DNA of 63,921 nucleotides, filler included, from Octopus bimaculoides (Eukaryota): the NCBI RefSeq assembly GCF_001194135.2. It is 7 parts of 6 records of this genome, joined end to end, with 100 filler letters (N's around TTAATTAATTAA, not from the genome) between each part and the next. Parts side by side here need not be neighbours in the genome. Positions count along the whole stretch, not along the records: positions 46,679 to 56,734 come from NC_069001.1; positions 56,835 to 62,696 come from NC_068989.1; positions 62,797 to 63,921 come from NW_026302067.1; 4 more parts are not named here. The stretch is one strand, 5' to 3'. This document shows, piece after piece, positions 52,601-63,921 of the stretch. Made by a program: the position numbers and the translations under genes. The notes under the pieces are model-generated. The model was given only the letters and a program-made list of their open reading frames with translations. It ran no database searches and was not told the DNA's origin. Every line of letters begins with the position of its first letter. Position 1 is the first letter of the stretch.

Positions 52601-55600
52601 GTACGAACGATTGAACGAACGAACGTACGTACGTAGACAGGAACGTATGTACGAACGTATGTACGAAAGAACGAACGTACGAATGAAGGAACGTACCTAC
52701 GTATTACGTAGGCAGGACTTAACGAAATATCGTACGTACGTACGAACGAAGAAACGAAACGAACTTACGTACGTACGTAAGTACGAACGAACGAACGTAC
52801 ATACGAATTACGTTGGCAGGAAATAACGAATGAACGTACGGACCTACGTACGAACGAACAAACGTACGTATGAACGAACAAACGAAAGTACGTACGTCCG
52901 AACGAATGTACGTACGTACGAACGAACGTACGTACGTACGTACGAACGAACGTACGTACGTAAGTACGAACGAACGTACGTACGTACTAACGAACGTACG
53001 TACGTAAGTACGAACGAACGTACATATACACGTACGTACGGACGAAAGATTGAAGGAACGAACGTACGTACGCTGGAAAGAAATAACGAAAGAACGTAAG
53101 TACGAACGTACGTAAGAGAGAACGAACGTACGAACGAACGAACTTACCCACGTATTACTTAGGAAGGAATTGACGAAAGATCGTACGTACGAACGAAGAG
53201 ACGTACGAACGAAGAGACGAACGAACATACGTACGTATATAAGTACGAACGAACGAAAGTACATACGTATTACGTAGGCAGGAAATAACGAAAGAACGTA
53301 CGTACTTACGAAGGAACGAACGTACGATCGAACGAACGTACGAATGAACGAACGTACGAACAAACGAAAGTAGAGAACGAACGTACGTATGAACGAAAGA
53401 ACGAACGTATGTAATTAAGTAAGAACGAACGTACGTATGTAGGCAGGAAATAACGTACGTACNNNNNNNNNNNNNNNNNNNNNNNNNNNNNNNNNNNNNN
53501 NNNNNNNNNNNNNNNNNNNNNNNNNNNNNNNNNNNNNNNNNNNNNNNNNNNNNNNNNNNNNNNNNNNNNNNNNNNNNNNNNNNNNNNNNNNNNNNNNNNN
53601 NNNNNNNNNNNNNNNNNNNNNNNNNNNNNNNNNNNNNNNNNNNNNNNNNNNNNNNNNNNNNNNNNNNNNNNNNNNNNNNNNNNNNNNNNNNNNNNNNNNN
53701 NNNNNNNNNNNNNNCGTATGTACTTTCGTTCGTTCGTACTTATATACGTACGTATGTTCGTTCGTCTCTTCGTTCGTACGTACGATCTTTCGTCAATTCC
53801 TTCCTAAGTAATACGTAGGTAAGTTCGTTCGTTCGTACGTTCGTTCTCTCGTACGTACGTTCGTTCGTATGTCCCTTCCTTCTTTCATGCCTACCTACGT
53901 ACGTATGTTCGTTCGTACGTACGTTCGTTCGTACGTACGTTCGTTCGTACGTACTTACGTTCTTTCGTTATTTATTAGCTTTGTACGTACGTTCGTTCGT
54001 TCAATCGTTCGTACATACGTACGTATATATGTACGTTCGTATGTACTTACGTACGTACGTTCGTTCTTTCATTCGTTCGTACATACGTACGTTCCTTCGT
54101 TCGACCGTTCATACGTACGTACCTACGTAATTTCGTTCGTTCGTACGTACGTTCGTTCTTTCGTTATTTCCTGCCTACGTAATACATACGTACGTTTGTA
54201 CGTCGTACGTTCGTACATATGATCGTTCCTACGTACAATCGTTCGTACGTCCGTTCTTAGGTTATTTCCTGCGTTCTAACGTTCGTACGTATGTACGTAC
54301 GTAAGTTCGTTCTTTCGTATGTACGTTCTTTCGTTATTTCCTCCCTGCGTACGTACGTTCGTTCCTTCAATCGTTCGTACGTACGTATATATGTCGGTAA
54401 TTCGTATTTACGTACGTTCGTTCGTTTGTTCGTACGTACGTTCGTTCCTACGTGCGTACTTTCGTTCGTACGTACGTACTTTCGTTTGTTCGTTCATACG
54501 TACGTTTGTTCGTACGTAGGTCCGTTCGGACGCACGTACGTTCTTTCGTTATTTCCTGCCAACGTAATACGTAGGTACGTACGTTTGTATTTACGTACGT
54601 ACGTAAGTTCGTTCGTTTCTTCGTTCGTACGTACATACGATATTTCGTTAATTCCTGCCTACGTAATACGTAGGTACGTTCGATCGTTCGTACGTTCGTT
54701 CTTTCGTACATACGGTCGTTCGTACGTTCTTTGGTTATTTCCTGCCTACGTACGTACGTTCGTTCGTTCAATCGTTCGTACGTACGTACGTATATAAGTA
54801 CTTTCGTATGTACTTACGTACGTATGTTCGTTCTTTCATTCGTTCGTACATACGTACGTTCTTTCGTTATTTCCGTTCTATGTATTACGTACGTTCCTTT
54901 ATTTGTTCGACTTACGTACGTACGTTCGTTCGTTCCTTCTTTCGTACGTACGTACGTTCGTTCTTTTGCTATTTCTTTCTTACGTAATACGTACGTACGT
55001 TCATTCATACGTACGTTCGTTCGTACGTACGTTCGTTCATACGATCGCTCGTACGTCCGTTCTTACGTTATTTCCTGCCTACGTACGTACGTTCGTTCGT
55101 TCGTTCATACGTACGTTCTTTCATACGGACGTTCGTTCTCTACGTTCGTTCGATCGTACGTTCGTTCGTTCGTACGTTCGTTCGATCGTAAGTACGTACG
55201 TTCTTTTGCTATTTCATGCCTACGTAATACGTACATACGTTCGATCGTTCCTTCCTTCGTTCGTACGTACGTTCGTTCGTTCGTACGTACGTTCTTTGTT
55301 TATTTCCTTCCTTCGATCTTTCGTACGTACGTATATATGTCGGTCATTCGTATTTACGTACGTACTTTTGTTCCTTTGTTCGTACGTACGTTCGTACCTT
55401 CGTACATTCGTCTGTTCGAACGTTCGTTCGTTCGTTCGCAAGTACGTACGTTCTCTCGTTTTTTCCTTCCAATGTAATACGTACGTCCGTTCGTTTCTTC
55501 GTACTTACGTACGTACGTTCGTTCGTACGTACTACGTTCGTTCTTTCGTTATATGCTGCCTACGTAATACAGACGTACGTTCGTTCGTACTTACATACGT

Positions 55601-56570
55601 ACGTAATTTCGTTCGTATGTAAGTACGATGTTTCGTTAATTCCTGCCTACGTAATACGTTCGTTCGTACGTAGGTTCGTTCGTACGTACGTACGTTCTCT
55701 AGTTATTTCCTACCAACGTAATACGTACGTACTTTTTTTCTTTCGTACTTACGTACGTAAATTCGATCGTTTCTTCGTTCGTACGTACGATATTTCGTTA
55801 ATTCTTACCTACGTAATACGTAGGTCCGTACGTTCTTTCGATATTTTCTGCCTACGTACGTACTTACGTTCGTTCGTAGTACTTACCTTCTTCCGTTATT
55901 TCTTACCTGCGTACGTACGTTCGTTCAATCGTATATATATATGTCCGTTCGTACGTACTTACGTACGTACATTCGTTCTTTCTTTCGTTCGTACATACGT
56001 ACGTTCGTTCGATCATTCATACGTACGTACGTACGTAAGTTCGTTCGATCGTACGTACGTTCTTTCGTTATTTCCTTCCTGCGTACGTACGTTCGTTTCT
56101 TCAATCCTTCGTACGTACTTATATATGTACGTTCGTTCGTACTTACGTGCGTACGTTCGTATGTACGTGCGTTTATTAGTTTGTTTGTTCGTTCGTTTGT
56201 TAGTACGTACGTATGTTCGTTCGTTCATACGTACTTTTGTTCGTTCGTACGTATATTCGTTCGTTAATACGTAATTTCGTTCGTTCTTACGTATGTTCTT
56301 TAGTTCCTTCCTGCCTACGTAATACGTACGTACGTACGTTTGTTTGTTCGATCGTTCGCTCGTACGTTCGTTCATTCATTCATTCGTTCGTTCGTTCGTA
56401 CGTACTTTCCTTATTTCCTACCTACGTACGTACGCACGTTCGTTCGTTCCTTTGTTTCTTCGTACGTACGTATGTGCGTACGTACTTTCGATTGTACGTT
56501 CGCTCGTTCGAACGTTCGTTTGTTCGTTCCTTCGTTCTGTCGTACGTATGTTCGCTCGATCGTTCGTTTG
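46679..56570. repeat. ~10 kb complex CpG-rich satellite built from ACGT/ACGA tetramers, with higher-order units; A-rich sense to 53462, inverted after 53715
   Basis: Landmarks such as GGCATGAAATAACGAAGGGACATACG at 47496, 48803, 49804 and 51359, and inverted near 53865-53890. Confidence 0.95.
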
Positions 56571-56655
56571 GTCTGATGAGTGAATATATATACATATATT
56601 TATTTATATTTATTCATTTATTTATATATATATATTTATCTATTGATTTATATTC

Positions 56656-56695
<40 letters not shown>

Positions 56696-56834
56696 TTATG
56701 TATATATATGTATTTATTTATATATATGATTTATNNNNNNNNNNNNNNNNNNNNNNNNNNNNNNNNNNNNNNNNNNNNTTAATTAATTAANNNNNNNNNN
56801 NNNNNNNNNNNNNNNNNNNNNNNNNNNNNNNNNN

Positions 56835-56868
<34 letters not shown>

Positions 56869-56979
56869 GAGCATTACTATACATAAATGCCTCACGCTAG
56901 GAGGTTCGGTACAATGTGTTTAATATGGTAGTTTTGACTTGAAGAGTCCCTCCTAGTGTGAGGCATTTATGTATAGCCC
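56869..56979. mobile_element. Small MITE with TTAA flanks (Kolobok-like)
   Basis: 28-bp IR CTATACATAAATGCCTCACGCTAGGAGG (27/28); TTAA at 56865-56868 and 56980-56983; RR...YY termini. Confidence 0.65.
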
Positions 56980-57407
56980 TTAATATAAATAAATATATTT
57001 AAAGGGAATAATTGATGAATTTTTCCCTTATGAGGTTTTACACGCAAACTACTTGATAAATACTTATAATGATTTTATCCTATTTTAAAATTATATAGGA
57101 GTGGCGTATGAGTGGATGTGTGGTAAGTGGCAAGGAAGTTGGGAGTGTGTGGCACCAGGTAAGTGGAAGCCAAAAACAAGGGAAAGAAAAAGCAAGGGGT
57201 CTACCCTGGTGATCAGATGCCTATCCTTCAGGAAATCCATTACAAATTGCATCTGTAATGAGCAATGCTTTAATCGAACATTGTAAATATAATGAAATTA
57301 TTATTGTATATTTAAAATTGTAAACATTTTAATCGATACAGCTACTTCACCCCTTTTATGTTTGTCCCCTCTTTGTAAAGCCTTTATGGCAAATATTTAT
57401 GAAATAA

Positions 57408-57553
57408 AGTAGCTTGCTTACGAACCACATGGTTGGTTCAGGGTTCAGTCCCACTGCGTGGCACCTTGGACAAGTGTCTTCTGCTATAGCCTCGGGCCGA
57501 CCAAAGCCTTGAGGGTGGATTTGGTAGACGGAAACTGAAAGAAGCCCGTCGTA
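57408..57553 (+). mobile_element. SINE module B
   Basis: AGTAGCTTGCTTAC..GGCACCTTGG.CAAGTGTCTT..GGTAGACGGAAACTGAAAGAAGCCCGTCG. Confidence 0.85.
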
Positions 57554-57557
57554 TATG

Positions 57558-57594
<37 letters not shown>

Positions 57595-57984
57595 NNNNNN
57601 NNNNNNNNNNNNNNNNNNNNNNNNNNNNNNNNNNNNNNNNNNNNNNNNNNNNNNNNNNNNNNNNNNNNNNNNNNNNNNNNNNNNNNNNNNNNNNNNNNNN
57701 NNNNNNNNNNNNNNNNNNNNNNNNNNNNNNNNNNNNNNNNNNNNNNNNNNNNNNNNNNNNNNNNNNNNNNNNNNNNNNNNNNNNNNNNNNNNNNNNNNNN
57801 NNNNNNNNNNNNNNNNNNNNNNNNNNNNNNNNNNNNNNNNNNNNNNNNNNNNNNNNNNNNNNNNNNNNNNNNNNNNNNNNNNNNNNNNNNNNNNNNNNNN
57901 NNNNNNNNNNNNNNNNNNNNNNNNNNNNNNNNNNNNNNNNNNNNNNNNNNNNNNNNNNNNNNNNNNNNNNNNNNNNNNNNNNNN

Positions 57985-58039
<55 letters not shown>

Positions 58040-58329
58040 CTTGTATTTGAGTGCCTATAAGATGCACTTTTATCAGAAAATGTCTCAGAAAATTACCTCA
58101 GGTACTCTATGCGATGTTAAGTCTCCCATATGATTTAATACACCTGAAGTGGGGTGTATCTAATATTCTAGTGCATATTTTATGCCAACAAATTTCATAT
58201 ATGTGGTGTATGTCTGTGTCTGTGTGTGTTTGTGTGTGTGTGCGTGTGTGTTTCTCTGTGTGTGTGTGTGTACCTGTACTTCAGTGTGACTGTGTGTTCG
58301 CGCGTGTTTCCATATACATATATTCATTT

Positions 58330-58606
58330 ACACATGTTCTTGCTTCAGCCATTTGACTACGGCTATGCAGGATCAACGACTTAAAGGGTTTTTAATCAAG
58401 GAAATCGGCCCCCAGGACTTATTCTTTGTAAGTCTAATACTTTTTCTATCGATTTTTTTTTGCCGGAGCGCTAGGTTACAGGGGCGTAAGCTCATCAGCA
58501 TCAGTTGACAAGCGATGGTGAGGGACCAACGCAGACACAAAAGATACATGCATACACACAGACACATATCTATCTATCTATCTATCTATATGTATGTATG
58601 TATATA

Positions 58607-58650
<44 letters not shown>

Positions 58651-58812
58651 CATACATATATGACGGGCTTCATTCAGTTTCCGTCTACCAAATCCACACA
58701 TAAAACTTCAGTAGGTCCGAGGCTATAGTAGAACACACTTGCCCAAATGCCACGCAGAGGAACTGAACCCAGAACCATGTGGTTGGGTAACAAGCTTCTT
58801 ACCACTCAGCTA
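58330..58812 (-). mobile_element. Composite SINE B-microsatellite-C
   Basis: B at ~58655-58812, (TA/TATG/TCTA)n linker, C at ~58330-58560. Confidence 0.8.
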
Positions 58813-58931
58813 CAAATCATAATGTTGGGAATATTGTATCACGAGATACAACACAAGGCTACAAACAATTAGTATTTTCAGACCGCTGTCTTTAACACAC
58901 ACACGCACGCACACGCGCGCACACACACACA

Positions 58932-58982
<51 letters not shown>

Positions 58983-59708
58983 TTAAATACTTGTGTATGC
59001 ATCTATACACATTTTCAAACTCTAGAACGTAATTAGCGACGTACTCTACTCAGGAGCAATAGATCATTGATCTATCACAATCAATATTTCTCAGAGAATC
59101 CCGAATTATCTACTTACTTCTGACAACTAGACTATAAAGGACAGTGTATATAAGACATCGTTGCGTTCACAATTGCAATTGTGTTTGAAACCTAGATCTA
59201 TATATGTCTTTACTTTATAGTCGCATTCACTCGGCAACAAAACAACATCGAAATATTAATGCGATAAGTATTCTAAAATAATATTATGCATGAGAATTTT
59301 TCAAACTTATTGCCCAGATGAAAATAAATTAATCAACGCAAATGAAACGATGGTTAATTAGCAGTGGCTAATCTATTTATACCTAATGAGTTGTGCATGT
59401 TTGTGAATTTACTCTGTATGTTAGATAATTGCATTATTTGCACTAGTCGAAGGAACGCTGCTTCATAATGAACGCCATATCACTCACACAACACACGCAA
59501 ACGAATACAGTAATGTACACACACAAACATAGAAACATACACACACACACAAACACGCAAGCACTTACTTATAAGTATATGTGTAATGTATGCGTGTATA
59601 ATCGTATATATCATATGTATATCATATATCACACACAGACACACACATACATATACCATACACAAATTAATAAAAATAACATACATTACGTAAATGTATG
59701 TGTGTGCT

Positions 59709-59746
<38 letters not shown>

Positions 59747-60656
59747 CATACATATATATTTATACATATGCGTACGAAGTATGGCATTTATGCTTGTGAG
59801 CATTTATATATATATGTATATATATATATATATANNNNNNNNNNNNNNNNNNNNNNNNNNNNNNNNNNNNNNNNNNNNNNNNNNNNNNNNNNNNNNNNNN
59901 NNNNNNNNNNNNNNNNNNNNNNNNNNNNNNNNNNNNNNNNNNNNNNNNNNNNNNNATAAATATATATATATATGTATTTACAAGTGTGTACATTTATGCA
60001 TGCATACATATGTATTATATATATATATGTGTATGTGTGCATGTATGTATAGAAGTGTGTGTGTGTGTCTGTGTCACATACATGCACGCACGCATGCGAC
60101 TGTTTTGTCTATCTTATGTATATATATATGATAAATTCCAGCGAACGTGCATATAAACTACGGATTTGACTCGTACAATAAAACATATATACACTTATGC
60201 GTACACACACACACATGCACAGGTGTACACATATACCCACACATGCACACTCCAACGCATACATACATACATACACACATACATACACACACATACATAC
60301 ATACATACATACATACATACATGGATACGTACTTAAGTATGTACATAGTAGTGACCAAAACAACAAAAGCGAAAATGAGACAGTCGTCTGAAATATATTT
60401 TTCTACGAATCAAAACGATAATAAACAAAAAGTCAAAATCAATAAAAATAAACTAATAAACGACAGTGTTATTTCCAAGAAAAAAATATACATTCTGTAG
60501 TTACGCTGTTTACGTTTCAGAGAGAAGCCCAAAACTACTTCATCTTAGCGTTTTAATATCCGGTTGTGGTTTTCTAAAGTTCTGTTTTGTCACCATCTCA
60601 TTACGCCATTATTGGTGTAATATGATCCTTACTCCGTTGCACCGTTACTGCTTTAC

Positions 60657-60704
<48 letters not shown>

Positions 60705-60706
60705 TA

Positions 60707-60737
<31 letters not shown>

Positions 60738-61759
60738 GTAGACATGTACATATATGTATATGCATACATATATATATATATGTATTTGTATAAATATATA
60801 TTTATTCCTATATACATGTATATAAGCATAACTATGTATGTATCTATATNNNNNNNNNNNNNNNNNNNNNNNNNNNNNNNNNNNNNNNNNNNNNNNNNNN
60901 NNNNNNNNNNNNNNNNNNNNNNNNNNNNNNNNNNNNNNNNNNNNNNNNNNNNNNNNNNNNNNNNNNNNNNNNNNNNNNNNNNNNNNNNNNNNNNNNNNNN
61001 NNNNNNNNNNNNNNNNNNNNNNNNNNNNNNNNNNNNNNNNNNNNNNNNNNNNNNNNNNNNNNNNNNNNNNNNNNNNNNNNNNNNNNNNNNNNNNNNNNNN
61101 NNNNNNNNNNNNNNNNNNNNNNNNNNNNTATATATGCATATATATATATATATACATACATGCATGCACACAAACATACGCCAGCGCGCACAGATATATT
61201 CATAGTATGAGCGCTTTAGTCTGCTGGACTATTTAGTATTAACGGATGTACTAAGTTCACGACTTGGGGAAATACTTTATATTTGTATGTCCGCGTGTAT
61301 GCACGCGCTTGTGTGTGAGATAGGTTTGGCTGTTAACGATCTTATTTTGTTACCTTGTCTTTTTGAGGATCATCCTTCTAATGCGATATCAGCCATTGTT
61401 GCAGTTGGTTCGGTTGAAAGCTATAGGAAAATATATTATTTGGTTTCTGTTTTGTGTTTGAAGTTATATCTCGCTAATGAGATCTGAACGCATCCGAAAT
61501 ATGCCTAGATGTTTCCTCCATCTGCCTGCTGGGAAATAAACATGAAAAGCTAATGCTATCATTCATTAATATACTAACACTATCGTTTTGTAAGCCAATG
61601 AACGTTGTGTTAATTATAACCACTGTATTAGTTACAATCGGACATTCGTTTCTTGCCTTTGTGTTTAAATTCTTTAGATTCAGGGTTCTGAGCTTTTTGG
61701 AAAAGAGTTACCTGTATCATGTTCCATCAAAGCGGGGGTTCAAAAAGCCGACATCATGA

Positions 61760-62423
61760 ATACTGCACAATGATCTGTGAAACTTGGAAAGACTGTACGC
61801 TGTAACAGGACAGCGTGAAAACCAAGTTCCCCAAAACTGTGATGGTCTTTGGGCGTGTTTCCAGTGAGGGTGATGTCATGCTGCCCCACGCTATTGAAGA
61901 GGGCCTTAGGCTTAATTCAGATGACTATATAAAGCTGCTGGAGACTAGTCAATTCACGACTGGAGAAGGTTGGTACTGGATGGCATTACGCGTGTTAGCA
62001 AGATCCGGTTCCTCACCACAACTCCGGACAGATTCAGAAGTGGTTTTCGGAGAAGTTCTACTTCACTAGCCCAAATTTTTGACCTCCTAATTCCCCCAAT
62101 TGTAACATCATAGATTATTATTTGTTAGAAGGAAGTTGAAAAAGACATCAATCGTTCTGTCTGCAAAACCAAGTCTGGGGTGGTGGCTAATCTCAACAGG
62201 GTATTAGGGGTTCTTCCTTGGGACACAGTGAGGAACGCATGTGCTAGGTGCCGAAGCCGTCTCGGGATCGTGATGGAAGCTGAAAGCAGCTACTTTGGGT
62301 AAACTGTTACCTCCCAGCCATCGTCTAGTTGATATTTTGGGGATTTTTAAAAATAAATTTATGTTTAGATGGGATATTGTTTACTTTTCCTTTTATGCAA
62401 ACTGTCAAATTTAGGCCAAACAC

Positions 62424-62427
<4 letters not shown>
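61760..62427 (+). mobile_element. maT/DD37D-like Tc1-mariner 3' half
   Basis: KTKFPKTVMVFGRVSSEGDVM; QDPVPHH..PPNSPNCNIIDY (36 residues between the Ds as read); stop at 62300-62302; probable TIR TGTCAAATTTAGGCCAAACACACTG. Confidence 0.75.
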
Positions 62428-62474
<47 letters not shown>

Positions 62475-63640
62475 TGTCAACAGATGAGATCCAGAGACAC
62501 TGAGTTATAATTTCCTCTCCTTTAATTTTCTTTGTCGTTTGTACTCTGTGTAAGTTTGCTCTATTAATATATGAATATCTATGTATTTATACTTAAATAT
62601 TCATCGTCTAAAAGTCTTCGTTTTGCGTGTATACATACATACATATTTTGTATACTAAACCCAACCTTTTACATTTAATTTATTTAATCGCATAATNNNN
62701 NNNNNNNNNNNNNNNNNNNNNNNNNNNNNNNNNNNNNNNNTTAATTAATTAANNNNNNNNNNNNNNNNNNNNNNNNNNNNNNNNNNNNNNNNNNNNATAT
62801 ATGTATATATGTATATACATATATGTATATACATATATGTGTGTGCGTATACACATACACACACAGACACACACACACTGTTTAATGATTAAGAGAAGAA
62901 AGAGTTTGTTAACATTATACTCAGCGGATTCCTAAGCACTTGTATAAAGCGATGGGCGGAAGATTTTAGAGTTAAAATACTATAATGATTGGTTAATAAC
63001 ATCTGTTGGGGAGGTGGTAAATGCCTGGCTTCTATTGGTTTGTGAAGCACTGACGTAGTAGAGAGCATGCCTTTGAAGAGGAGTGTTGTTGGCGGATAAA
63101 CAAATGATGAACGGATGTAGAAATTGTTTATGATTAAAAATTAAACAAAACAGTTTGGATTGAAATGAAGTAAAAGAGATTATGATCGTTATACAAGTCA
63201 GGAAACAAAAAAAGCAACCCGTTTTGTTCTTGAATGAGTCAAGAATTTAGTGTTTCTGAGCTACCTTAAATAACAGTTTCTTAATTAAGCGTGAATCTCT
63301 CGTGTTACAAGAGAGATGAGAAATTTCAACAATACCAGTCTTTAGGTATTCAGAAAGTAAATTCACAGGGTTTGACGTTTTCTGTATTACAGTTCTATAT
63401 TTAACAACAAACAAGATGAGGACAAATATCCGTCAAATGTAAATAATGTAAATAATGTTTCCTGTATTGCTTCCATGTTTGAAATTGGTTGTTTCATAAG
63501 TTTCTCTGGCTGAGAAATTATGAAATAAAAATGAGAAAAAGTCGTTAGAAACATACTTTAGACAATTAGTTTTTAATATTTTGTAGAGATTTGTGAAAAA
63601 TATTTTAGAATTCTTGTCATCAAAACTTCCTACAAAATAC

Positions 63641-63696
63641 CTTTCTGCACCCAAACTGCCTCTGGTAATGGTAGAATCTCTCGGATTTAGTCGCAC
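63641..63696 (-). CDS. Weak candidate exon, product unknown
   Basis: TTTCTAG acceptor and AAG|GTATTT donor; two frames open; a further acceptor at 63509. Confidence 0.2.
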
Positions 63697-63884
63697 CTAG
63701 AAATGAAGGTTTCCATAGATTTCTGCTGAATAACAGACAAGGATGAACACAAAGGTTTCTCAGCTGTTAGATTTCTTTCAATTATTTTTGCATAAATAAC
63801 AGAAGGTAAAGAATGCTATCATTGAATCCACCGGAAGTTAAACAGTAGCTCTACATAACACAGACGCACGCGTATATATATATG

Positions 63885-63918
<34 letters not shown>

Positions 63919-63921
63919 TGT

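Noticed and set aside
46623-56782. Dozens of long ORFs rich in YVRS/FVRT or NERT
   Set aside because: Translations of the tetramer satellite, which lacks stops in several frames; no coding signature

Overview
AT-rich, repeat-dense eukaryotic genomic DNA with many N gaps. The SINE/LINE families and microsatellite load look like an octopus-type cephalopod (from recollection of those repeats, not a database search). No intact long ORF is present, and most entries in the supplied ORF track are microsatellite, satellite or N-run artefacts. Supported content: decayed transposons (mariner x2, Tc1, maT-like, Helitron, Penelope-like pieces, several RTE LINEs, CRE-type LINEs, an R4/NeSL-like 3' end, a CR1-like 3' end), four SINE modules, several MITE-like foldbacks, and a ~10 kb CpG-rich (ACGT/ACGA)n higher-order satellite whose orientation flips across a gap. 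Best leads: (1) a CpG-retaining island with paired CCAAT boxes between two CpG-depleted domains, with a candidate unidentified multi-exon minus-strand gene; (2) two Penelope-type minimal hammerhead ribozyme motifs; (3) a 123-bp Merlin-like MITE with a telomere-like core and a perfect 8-bp TSD; (4) a three-layer nested insertion (CRE > Tc1 > internally deleted LINE); (5) the satellite. None is proven to be a new biological system. All alignments and counts were done by eye.
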